41,541 nucleotides of DNA from NCBI GenBank assembly GCA_051313645.2, contig JBNRSN020000027.1, forward strand, positions 25,628,460 to 25,670,000, read 5' to 3'. The position numbers were made by a program, and so were the translations under genes. Positions 10,957 to 21,790 of the stretch are shown here, piece after piece. The notes under the pieces were generated by a model. That model was not told the origin of the DNA and did no database searches. It saw only the letters and a list, made by a program, of their open reading frames with translations. How positions within the stretch are numbered: the stretch's first letter is position 1; every line of letters begins with the position of its first letter. Source of the stretch: Centroscyllium fabricii. Lineage: Eukaryota.

Positions 10957-11388
10957 TTATTGGCGGCACGGTGGCATATTATTGGCACCTTGTTTATGAC
11001 ATCACTGGAACAACAGTCCTGGAGGAGATACTGAACTTTCAGAGTTAATCAACTCGGAGGAATATATATCTTCCTTCATTCATCATGGTGGAGAAAAGTC
11101 AACACGTGTAGAAAGCGGAAATGTGCTTAATACTGACATTAACATTAGAAAATACACCCCAAAGAGTTTAGGTCTCTAATTTCCAGAAGCAACCCTGGGC
11201 TATGAAGGTTTTGACACATTTGCGTTTCGCTCATTGAACCCGGAGCGAATGACTTCGGTTCTCTGCAGGTTTGATGGGCCACTTCTTACTGGCACCTCCA
11301 AAACCCAGATAGTGATTCATTACAAATCACAACAGGAAACGCTGGAGAAACGCAGCAGGCCAGGCAGCATCGGTGGAGAGAGAAACAG

Positions 11389-11425
11389 AGTTAACGTTTC
11401 AGGTCGATGACCTTTCTTCAGAACT
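11389..11425 (-). ncRNA. Minimal type I hammerhead ribozyme (canonical core)
   Basis: Minus strand AGUU-CUGAAGA-A-AGGUC AUC GACCU-GAAA-CG-UU-AACU; differs from 9850-9886 only in the stem II loop. Confidence 0.75.
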
Positions 11426-11465
11426 GGAGAAGCCAGGAGGGGGGATAGATTTTAAATCTCGTAGG

Positions 11466-11602
11466 AGCTGGGGAAAGGGGAGGGGCTGGGGAAAGGGGGA
11501 GGGGCTGAGGAAAGGGGGAGGAGCTGGGGAAAGGGGGAGGGGCTGTGGAAAGGGGGAGGAGCTGGGGAAAGGGAGAGGGGCTGTGGAAAGGGGAAGGGGC
11601 TG
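11466..11602 (+). repeat. G-rich ~19-bp minisatellite (about 7 units) inside the PLE
   Basis: Tandem units of RGCTGGGGAAAGGGGGAGG; the paralog has a single unit near 9261-9283. Confidence 0.85.
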
Positions 11603-12769
11603 AAAGAACAAAGGAAAGATCAGCGACAGGCTGGAAGGCGGGGAAGGTGAGAGACACAGGGATAAATTGAAGGAACACAGGATGGCTCTGGATGTGTGTG
11701 AACGGCTCTGGCAGAGTAAAGAAAAAAGAAAAAGAAGAAAAAAGCCCAGACGAAAGTGTGGGTTGAAAAAAGAGAGAAAATATATATATATAAAAAAGTG
11801 TGGTAGGGGCCGAGGTTATGATCTAAAATTGTTGAACTCTATGTTTAGTCCAGAGGGCTGTAGAGTGCTGTTATGGCCTCATAATGTTTGTGCGGTGACG
11901 CCAAGAGGTCCCGATGCATGCACACAAAACAGTTTGGCTAATTTTGTAACCATGTATCTCTAATATTACCTCAAAATTGGGCAAACAGTTAAGGAACGAT
12001 CTTGCACATTATTTCCCTCCCCTACCCTTTGGGGGCAAAGCGCAGAAAGCGGTTTTTACAATGCAATCTGGGATCTGCAGTTTAGGTCGGAAACTCTAAG
12101 ATGCCGGGGTTCTATAATTGAGTTTGGAGATTGATTCAATCTGCTACTTAGCCTGTTTTACGCACCGACTTTCGCAGTGTGTGAAGCGAGAACCGCCTTG
12201 CAGCAACACTACAGCTGGTATGTGAATATACCCTTACACACCCAGTGACCCGTGCTACTGTTGGGCTCAGTGACTCGCCCGCCAAATCTCATAAGCAATG
12301 TGCCTTTTAATAAAAATTGACAAAAAAAAGATGGAAAGCGCACGAAATTAAATCTTAATTACCATCATACAACCACTTTCCGATCAATGTGAGGCTCTTT
12401 TGGGCGTGCGTCGATATGATATCAGCGTTCTAACATGGGATTAAGCATTGATCTGACTCAAGTGTAGTAAAGTGAGATATATGTACCCACTTCTGGTGGG
12501 TAGTCTCACACTCTTTGGAGCTCACACAGGATGTGGTAAAACTCCAATCTAGTGTAAAGCTAGTTTTAAAACCTGGTCCATTTGCCCTCAATTGAATTTC
12601 TATCTCCAGTGTGGAATATGTTTATCTTTCCTTCCAAACACTTTAAGGACAAAAACCAAAAAAAACACAAAAAGATTGCAAGTTGAGAAAGAAAAACTGG
12701 CAAAAGTTTAAAACACTTCATGGCAAAGCATTAAAACATTTTGTTCTACAACAGAGACACAGTAATACA

Positions 12770-12925
12770 AAAGCAAAATACTGCTGATGCTGGCCATCTG
12801 AAATAAAAACAGAAAATGCTGGAGGTACTCAGCAGGCCAGGCAGCATCTGTGGAGAGAGAAACAGAGTTAACGTTTCTGAAACGTTAACTTTGTTTTTTT
12901 CGCCACAGAAACGGTCTGACTTAAC
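12770..12925. mobile_element. Older Penelope-like (family B) fold-back fragment
   Basis: Minus arm 12770-12877, palindrome centre AGTTAACGTTTC-T-GAAACGTTAACT at 12878, diverged right arm. No clear TSD. Confidence 0.7.
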
Positions 12926-12968
12926 AGAATAGAGCCTATTGGTGTTCATGCCACCATAGTAACGGTGT

Positions 12969-13345
12969 CCGATAGCAAAATACTGCAGGTGCTGACAATC
13001 CGAAATAACAACAGAAACTGCTGGAACAACTCAGCAGGCCAGGCAGCATCCGTGGAGAGAAATATAGAGTCGACGTTTTGGGTTGGGACCCTTTGTCAAA
13101 ACTAAAGCCAGGAAATGAAACAGGTAGGAAGGCCGGGGGAGCTGGGAGGGGACAAAGGGGAAGAGGAAATAAAAGAGAAGAGAGAACAAAAGAGGAAAGA
13201 CATTAAGAGGTATTGAAAATGAGACGAGAGGCTGATGGGGCTGTGGACAGGAGACAGCGAGAGATTGGGTGTGAAAAGCACTGGCAGAATGGGAGGCGGC
13301 TGCCACCAGAGAAAAAAGCCTTTGCAGCATTTTCTGTTGTTATTT
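12969..13345 (-). mobile_element. Penelope-like (family B2) 3' end with a short inverted terminal copy
   Basis: Minus-strand body with HHR-like motif at 13068-13103 (AGUU-UUGACAA...; GAAA mutated to AAAA at a CpG). Short plus-strand copy 13325-13345. 13-bp TSD ATAGTAA(C/T)GGTGT at 12956-12968 and 13346-13358. Confidence 0.8.
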
Positions 13346-13869
13346 ATAGTAATGGTGTGTATTGTCAATGTGGCGCATTGATGGATAAGTTGTGTATATT
13401 TAACATACTTAAGATCTGAGGTGGACTGGGGGCAACACAGTTAGATAGATATACACAGGGTCTATTGCGTGCCTCAATACATGGGGCTATTGATACACAG
13501 GGCTTATCCCGCCTTTGATACACAGGGGATACCCTGCCGCCTCCGAGGGAATATAGCAGCTCTGGGCCACGCTGTCCCATTAAAAAATAATTACTCAACA
13601 TGCACACGATCTCTCTGCTGGTTGAAGAGAGTGTGGTGTGCTGCAATGCAAGTTTAATTTAGTTCTGCCGCTGAACACCGCACTGTACAGGTACTGGCTA
13701 AAGCAGGTTTCTGTAGCAGAATGGCAGCCATCATTCGTTGAATGTGGAAAAAGTTGCGCTAGCGAGCTTTATTATTTTATTTGAACCAGTAACTTGCGAA
13801 ATGTTGTTACTAGGTTTCATACGGCCCAATAAAAAGTTAGCTCAAATAAAACTAAGAAAGTAAAAATAA

Positions 13870-14650
13870 ATAACTTGTGTTCATAGTCTTGGTATGTCCC
13901 AAAGTGCTTCATCGTCAATGAATTGCAAGTGTAAGCTCTGTTGTTAAGGAGAGACATGCCACAGCCAATCAGTGCTCAGCAATGTCCCAGAAACAACAAA
14001 TAAGGCAAATGACCAGTTATCACAATGAAACCTATAAAATTGTCAGGCCTGGACAGACGAGATGCAGGAAGGATGTTCCCGATGGCCGGGGAGTCCAGAA
14101 CCAGGGGGCACAGTCTAAGGATAAGGGGTAAGCCATTTAGGACTGAGATGAGGAGGAATTTCTCCACCCAGAGAGTGGTGAACCTGTGGAATTCTCTACC
14201 ACAAAAGGCAGTTGAGGCCAATTCATTAAATATATTCAAGAAGGAGTTAGATATATTTCTTAAGGCTAAAGGGATCAAGGGATATGGGGAGAAGGCAGGG
14301 ACAGGGTACTGAATTTGGATGATCAGCCATGATCTCATTAAATGGCCGTGCAGGCTCGAGGAGCCGAATGGCCGACTCCTGCTCCTATCTTCTATGTTTC
14401 TCTGTTTTGGTTGAGGGCTGAATGTTGGTCAGGTGACCAGGAAAACTCTGCTCTTCTTGAAATAGTGAATGGGATATTTTACATCCACCCGAATAGGCAG
14501 ACAGGGCCTCAGATTAATGTCTAATTTGAAAGACTGCTCCTCCCACAAAATTGCGTGGGATTATCAGCCTAAATTACCTGCACAAGTCCGAGAATAGGGC
14601 CTGAACCCATAATTCAGACTCAGAGGCAAGAATGATACCACTGAGTCAAA
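13870..14650 (-). mobile_element. Old Deu-domain SINE (SacSINE1/AmnSINE-like), interrupted by CR1
   Basis: AATGACCAGTTATC | TGTTTTGGTTGAGGG...CTGCTCTTCTTGAAATAGTGAATGGGATATTTTACATCCACC...GACTCAGAGGCAAGAATGATACCACTGAG resembles the reverse-complemented Deu-SINE consensus as recalled, and continues across the CR1 insert. Confidence 0.7.
14027..14401 (+). mobile_element. CR1/HER1-type LINE 3' fragment
   Basis: ORF2 C-terminus RTRGHSLRIRGKPFRTEMRRNFSTQRVVNLWNSLPQKAVEA, 3' UTR and TTCTATGT tail. Confidence 0.93.
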
Positions 14651-15189
14651 TTTCATGGGATAAAGAGTGTAAAGCAACCATCTAAATGTGCTTTATTGCT
14701 AACCCAATAATAATCTAAAAACACTTCAGATATGCTTAACTAAAGCTCATAACTGACATTTTGTCATCGATTGTTACTTCTTCCGATCTATTTAACTAAA
14801 CATGTTTGTGTCCGTTCAAGAACTTATCAGCTCCACACTACATTTCCAACTAGATAAGTGATTTCCCTCATACTTCTCTATCATATTCAGTAAACACAAA
14901 ATGCATCCTTGAATATGAATTTGTCTCTTCGAAAACTTATAAAGGTGTCGTGAGATTTTCAGCATAAATAAATAGTAAATACCACGTTTGTATCCAGAAT
15001 ATAATTGTCACCTCATCAGCTTAGGGTGCAGTTGCACTGTCATTTTTGCATCGCACCCAAACGCTTTGATGGTGCGGTATAAGTTAAGTGTGAGGTCTGT
15101 GGTCTGACTCCCTGGCACACTAATACTGGGGGGTTTCAGAGCAACAACTCAGGCTGCTTGGATGTTGCACTGGATGCAGTATAACTTCT

Positions 15190-15573
15190 TTGAGAGGGGA
15201 TCTCATCGAAACCTATAACATTCTGTCAGGACTGGATAGACTAGAAGCAGGAAGGATGTTCCCGATGGTGGGGGAGTCCAGAACCAGGGGTCACAGTCTA
15301 AGGGTAAGGGGTAAGCCATTTAGGACTGAGATGAGGAGGAATGTCTTCACCCAGGGAGTGGTGAACTTGTGGGATTCTCTGCCACAGAGGGCATTAAATA
15401 TGTTCAAGAAAGAGTTGGCTATATTCCTTGAGGCTAAAGGGATCAAGGGATATGGGGAGAGAGCAGCGACAGGGTACTGAATTTGGATGATCAGCCATGA
15501 TCTCATTGAATGGCGGAGCAGACTCGAGGGGCTGAATGGCCTACTCCTGCTCCTATCTTCTATGTTTCTATGT
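15190..15573 (+). mobile_element. CR1/HER1-type LINE 3' fragment
   Basis: LRGDLIETYNIL...TRGHSL...VVNLWDSLP, a classic CR1 ORF2 end. Small internal deletion relative to the 14027 copy. (TTCTATGT)2 tail. Confidence 0.93.
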
Positions 15574-16003
15574 CCCAGTGCAAAATTGCGTCTTTGAAGG
15601 GCTCGGCAGTCTGTTGGACCTTCTGGATACTTTATAGATGTATTCTTCAGAATGTTTCATGTTAGGGGTAGGTAGACGCACTCCCCTAACATTACAAAAT
15701 ATGTATTTAGGAGGCAGAACCCCGCCGTCCAAGAAGACGTGCACAGAACTCCTCTATAGCGGACCTCAATGCAGCCTGCAATGGCACAGCCTGCAATATA
15801 ACTCCAGCGTGCCAGTTGTCCATCGCACTCTACAGCTGAGACCAGTAGCTGCAATATGACTGCAGTGTTAGCGTACAGTGACACAGCCACTTGCATCGAT
15901 CTGAAACTACTTTGGATGTGTAGTGTGTGCAAAAGTGGTCGCATCATTCTGGAGTCACGTCCCTATCTGTCTTTCTAGTGTACTGAAGCTTATATGTTTT
16001 CGT

Positions 16004-16096
16004 ACATAACAACAGTCACTACACTTCAGAAGTAATTCTTCGCGTGAAGTGCTTCAAGATGTTGTCATGCAACAATTAGCTATAGAAATGTAAGTG
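16004..16096 (+). mobile_element. Decayed 3' end of a Deu-type SINE
   Basis: ACATAACAACAGTCACTACACTTCAGAAGTAATT...AAGTGCTT...GCTATAGAAATGTAAGT resembles the recalled SINE tail and the reverse complement of ~13870-13950. Confidence 0.5.
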
Positions 16097-19000
16097 CTCT
16101 TATATAAAGCCAGAAGGCGAACTATCCCCTCCAGCAACCTGTCTCAGTTCCCAGGAATTGCAATATAACTTTCACCAAGAAAGTTGCCGATTTTAAATCT
16201 GCTCTGTCAGCCCCGCGGATCTCTGGAAACTTGATGTTTTCAAAGTTAGAAAAGCTAAGAGAAAGCAAGCTCGCCCGCATTAAAACACCCCCAAAGGGCG
16301 AGGCTATGCACAGGCACACCGTTCCTTCGCTACTGACCTCGGCGTCACTCCAACCTGCTAGCTGCACCTGTTCCACCCTAGATAGTACTTCTGAGTGGAA
16401 ACCCAGCCTTAAAACTCCTTTGTTCTTTGTTTCAGCTTCACCAAAAATCTTACGTGTTTTATTTTATGAAATGCTTGGCTCTTATAAAATTACTTCTTGT
16501 ACATCAAGTAACATCGTGAAATCGGCACAGGAAGACTGGAGGAATTACGCGGAGGTGCCTCCACCTATGCGATTCCGCCTCGCGGTTGTCCAAACCCGCT
16601 CACCTGTGCAGGTGTGTCAAATGTCACTGGCAATTTGGAACTTCGCCAAGTACACAAAATTAGCCATTTCTAGCGCTCCGGCAGTTCGACATTTGCATTT
16701 CCTTTCTAATCAAATTACCAACTGAACCTTAAGGGCCGGGGTAGCAGAACCTTGTCCGCTCTCAGAGGTACTCGCGGCGACTAGCTTCAAAACATTAAAC
16801 GAGTTTAACAAATATTGTATGGCGCCCAGTGATTCTGCATGTCACATCTTCGATAATCAGTTGCATTTTTATCTTGTTCATTTTTAGTCTTTGTAGTTTC
16901 TGGTTTCATCACTGCCAAAGTCCGCCTTGGTTCGGTGACTGTGGAGGCGGGCAGTCGCCCACTTCCCCGCTTTAATTTGTATTTGAATCAACCATTGCAT
17001 GAAACTTTGTTGGAAACTAGAATTGGACCGTCGTTGTCTTTAACCTTACAAACTCTTGACAATAGCCCAACTCGCTTCAGCCTTGGGTGGATGTCAGTTG
17101 ACTGCACTGACATTTCAATCAAAGTCCTGCAACTCGTGAATATTCATATATTTAAGGCGGGTTTTTAGCTTGCGTTGGCGTTACCGTACAAACCTTCTGA
17201 ATTCTTACCTAACAACTCGCACAGAAGTGAAGTAACACACTTATAATTAATATGTTACGGTTGGTAGGCTGATCATGATTTAGTTAATGAAAGTGTTACA
17301 ACTATTGACAGCTGAAATGTTCATGCTGAGCATGATGCATCTGGTATTGGTAAGAATGGCAGGTTGCCTGGCCATATATAACCTCCATACGGCATACATT
17401 ATGAATTAGGTATAATAGATACAATCAAATTACAGGGGCTACACCATAATTTGTGAATGTGGGATCTCCAATCCTCCAGCGCAATTACTCTCGAAATGTG
17501 TGACATTATATGATGCCTTTTGCAACAATGTTGTTCATTTCCCCCAGATGTCATGGTTATCGACTGTCGACCAACTGGGCTGAACATGGTCACACACTGC
17601 TCCCGTGAAACAAACCCGAAACTGTGGGGAGGGGGACACGACCGATATACCACCAAAAACCTGCCTTCAGTCTAGAGCAAAACAAAAATTGAGCGAGCTA
17701 TGACAGCCTGTTACTAATCGGGATCAGTAGGGATGCTCACCTGCCAATAAGGTGGCGGACTACAGGTTTGAAGGGACAGGTTTAATTTTAAGACTAAAAA
17801 ATGATTCACTTTTCAGGGAATTTTGGAGAATACAAATTTGGTGCCTTTCAATTTTATCGGATGACACTAGGTGACATTTTTTTTCTGTCAGCTGGTTGGT
17901 TTGGGGTTAATTGTGTTAAATAACCAAATAAGCCAGGGATGTAATGAAGTGGAAATATCAAGGTGTATGTTACACTTTTGATTGGACGGGTCCTATTAAG
18001 CTCGCTGTCTGCTGTGGTGAAAAGCGTTTACTTTTCATTTGTTGTGCTGGGGGCGGATAAAATGTATACATTGTTGCCTTATTTCTTCTTGTTGTTGGAG
18101 ATATGTTAATTTTCCTATTCTGCTCCTTCTCATCTTCTGGCCTTGATCTCTCTCTGTGGCATTTATTGCGCTTTTAATTATTTTACCTCGATTTATATCT
18201 CGTAGATTTATTGGACCGTGTGCCACACTCCCTGTTCGCCCACTCTTTATTCTTTTTATTTGTCCCCCCACCGTCTAGGAAATATTAACCCGCCGCAGAC
18301 TTTCTGTTCATTTCACAGAAAGATATTCCTATTGCTTGCTAATCAAATCCATTTTAATATGACCGAAGTGTAGATGCTGAGGGCCGCGGCTTCATTGACG
18401 GTGGAAGTTATACTGCAGCCGGTACAAAGTCCAATTAGTCCAATGCCAGGTTCTCGAGGTGGTCTAGTGCCCCTTCTGTTAAAACCAAATCGCTCTCAGA
18501 TCGCAGTATACTGCGTATTCTGTGGCCAATCGATGCAAAAATCGGCAGTTAACTAGTCCAACACCGGAGTTAAGCGAATCTGGAAAAATGCTATTCTATC
18601 TAAATGTGATGCGATCCTGGCACTGTAAGGTTAGAAATGTGACATCTCAATAGACAGAAAAAATAGCGGAATCCTAAAACCAAACTGCTTATAATGTGTT
18701 GTCTTCTTTAACACATTAATGAAGTACCATTTAACTGCATAGTTCATGCTCCGCTCCCCTGAGACATCCCAACTTTATTACCGATGGATCAAATCGAATT
18801 CAAAGAATGCAAAATATTCGCCAAAAAAATTACATTAATGATCAATTCTGACATTGGCGTCGTAGACTGGCAACTTCCAAACAAGTTGTCACTTAAGAAC
18901 ATGACTGAGTCCATATTTGGGGGCTCTTTAGGGATGTAATTAGCACAGTAAAAGTTATCATCTGATTCACCTGAAAAGGGGAATTTCAATCCCACTGGGC

Positions 19001-19181
19001 TATTTCAGGGTAATTCAACAGCGCTGATCTGAAACACAGACACATGAACAAATAACAGGGTGGATTTCAGAAAAAGGCGCCATGTCTCGATTGGCGAACA
19101 TTTAAATTAATATTTAACTCTTGCCATCCATGAGAGGGTATATGCTGCTGGAATACACCGTGAAATAGGATGCACCCTACA

Positions 19182-19284
19182 CCAGTCTCTCTTTCACCTG
19201 ACGAAGGAGCAGCGCTCCGAAAGCTTGTGATTTAAAATAAAACTGTTGGACTATAACCTGGTGTTGTGTGACTTCTTGCAATTG
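19182..19284 (+). mobile_element. Penelope-like (family A) 3' fragment with complete HHR
   Basis: 19214-19280 matches the right arm of the 2251 element. Possible 7-bp TSD CCCTACA at 19175-19181 and 19285-19291. Confidence 0.8.
19194..19230 (+). ncRNA. Minimal type I hammerhead ribozyme (canonical core)
   Basis: UCAC-CUGACGA-A-GGAGC AGC GCUCC-GAAA-GC-UU-GUGA: stem I UCAC/GUGA, 5-bp stem II, palindromic AGCU stem III. The CUU triplet predicts cleavage after 19226. Confidence 0.78.
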
Positions 19285-19904
19285 CCCTACAAAAAAAACA
19301 CCTTTGCAAGTATTCCTTTGAACATGCTAGCCGTGTGGACAATGCAATAGAAAATGAGAAGGGCTAGAGTACTGTAAAAAACACACAGTGTGCCAGTCTG
19401 AGAGTAGAGAGCCCTTTCTATTTGAGGTGAATTCAAGTGAACCCTAATATCACCGAGGTTGCATTAGGTAAATACGCCCCGTTTGCTTCAGACTCGCAGC
19501 TTTGGTTGGCTATGATTTTTTATACAAAAACAAGACAGACAGACTGATTTGTGTTTCCCCATCCTCTGATCACGCTGTTTATTCTTTGAACTCCAAAGCA
19601 GCATGTTTTTGCGCGTGAAGTTTAGTTGAAATATACAGTGGAGCTGATAAGAATGATTTGTTGTAGCAAGGCTTGAGTGAAGACTATCCTGCACTGTCAA
19701 ACACGTGCAGGGAAAATGCGTTTCTCTCTGAATGTGTAGCTGATTAATAGCGAACCGCTAAAGGCAGCCAGCCGTGAGACTATTAGAAAAAAATTAAACA
19801 GCTTGTGGTAGAGGTTCGCCACAGACAACACAACTAGGATACTGGGCAATAATTTAATGGTGATGTCAGCTACAAAAACTGGTCATCAATCAGCGCAGGG
19901 TTTT

Positions 19905-20285
19905 TATCTCTAACCCTTCTATCTTACTTTTCTCGGATTCGCACTTTCTCTCCTCTGCCAAGTATTCCCCTCCCCTCCATTTTTGCTTATTGGGTATATT
20001 CTTTGTCCCTCCTGTTCCTATTCTTCTCGTTTATTGTGCTCCACTTTCTAACACATTTTTCTCGTTCAGCTGGTTTCATTGCCCCGGTTTTCAATAGTTT
20101 CTCACTCTGTTCTTACAGTTTACACTCATTTTAATATCCAATGTGCATTAATCTCACTTTCTTATCCTTAGTTTATCTCCATCTGACATTGCTTTATTTT
20201 ATTTTACCTTTATTGTTCCACTCCCTTTTCATTCTCTGATCTTTTTTCTTCAACTTTCAAATTTCATTTGTATTTCTTTCATTTA
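19905..20285 (+). repeat. Pyrimidine-rich low-complexity tract
   Basis: Strong T/C bias over ~380 bp. Confidence 0.6.
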
Positions 20286-21549
20286 AAAATCTGTCCATTT
20301 CAACTAAGTTTATCTTGCAACACAAGGATGGGGTGACATCTATTCACAGTTTTATTGATTTGCAGAAGTACAAACTACACAACTAATAAACCAACTGAAA
20401 AGGGGTTTATACTGAGGTCCTCACTCTTGTGCCCACCTACCTACCGCACTTCAGTTACAGTATCTTCAAACCACACGAAATGTCACAAAAAGAGACTTTG
20501 GTGTAAATCGAAATTTTTCCAACTTATTTGACTTGTGACCTAGTGCTAATTAAGAAAATGAATCTCGATTTTTATTCCTTTTCCCAAAACGCATCGTTAG
20601 TTTATGTCGTGCAGAAAACGCCCACATATATTCTGTGAGGCGTGATTAAATCCTTCATATCTGTAAAAACACGCCCCATAGATATTTTAACGTTAACTCA
20701 TTATAATTGTAATAACAATATTCTAGGTGCCCATCACAAAGAGTGATGTACAGGAGATTAACTAATGCCCCAACATTGCATAACTTTAAAATGATAATTT
20801 TATATGAAACTTGCATTTGCAGAATGGTGAATGATAAAACAAATGGCAAACGCTTGCAACGTCTCAATGCAATCTTCCTTTTGTATAAGCAAGCCACTTC
20901 AGAATCTGCAGTTTTAAACTTTGCCTTTATTGGTAAAAATATTGCCGACTATTATTATATAAGCAACTATTTTCGATAAAATTGGCAAATGATAGTATCT
21001 GGCATCGTAGATTTGCAAAATTGTAATGATCTTTGCTGTCATTATAATGTAATATTAATATTGTAACTTGGCAGGGGACATTCACTTTTAATATTCCTGG
21101 TCTGATTATTTGGGTCTTTGACTGTTGTATCAAACTTTTTTTGAAATTGATGCCTACCGGTGACGTCATTGATTCAGCCTGCTTCAAGCCATGTTGAAAA
21201 CAAACATGTTTCTCTAAACGTCACTGGCCACCGACTTGTCTGGGACTGCACTGGGTTCCCGTGTTGTGGCTTTCACTGCATGCATTCATTTTTCTCAGTG
21301 TGCAAACCAGTGGAAATGTTTTAAAAAAGAAAGGGAAAATCACGCGACCACTCTCATAAGCAACACGTGCTTAAAAGAAAACTTTGATTTGTCTTTTTTT
21401 ATTTTGGTCCGCCACTTAATTTTATTCACAATTTCCGCTAACTCGGGCTTTGAAGGCAGAGAGGCAACAAGACAGACGCCAATCTCTTTTCTGAGAGAGA
21501 CCCGTCATCCCAGCGATCAGAGACTGTCAGAACAGTGCTTTCCAAATTC

Positions 21550-21790
21550 ACTCACCCTGCAAGACATCGCTGCATCAAAATGCAGCCCAGTTACAGACCT
21601 GAATTTTTTGATTATGAATCCACTGATCTTGTTTTGAAATGCGAATCAGTAAGCCCATAAGCCTTCAAACGTGTGAAATTTGAAAGATCTCAAGAAGCAA
21701 TCTCCGGCTGCCTGACCCCTGACAGCCTGTCTGACACTCTCTCTCTCTCTCTCTCCCTCTCTCTCTCTGGCCCTGGCAGTATTTAATTCG
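21550..21790 (-). promoter_or_regulatory. Candidate promoter and first exon of an unidentified minus-strand transcript
   Basis: TATA-like TTAAATA (21786-21780), (GA)n leader, two ATGs just before the donor AGG|GTGAGT (exon end 21556). CRE-like sites at 21931 and 21971; perfect TGACGTCA at 21161-21168. Confidence 0.35.
21737..21768. repeat. (CT)n microsatellite
   Basis: Directly visible. Confidence 0.9.

Larger units (their letters stand above)
11324..11868 (-). mobile_element. Penelope-like (family B1) 3' end
   Basis: Paralog of 9119-9720 without the CR1 insert. Encodes (G)TLQPSGLNIEFNNFRS* on minus, followed by a 3' region with an HHR. Confidence 0.85.

Noticed and set aside
14025-15480. 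ORFs 14025-14312 and 15190-15480 as genes
   Set aside because: They are truncated CR1 ORF2 C-termini.
16231-16725. 164-aa ORF
   Set aside because: No recognisable domain or exon structure; probably a chance frame in decayed repeat sequence.
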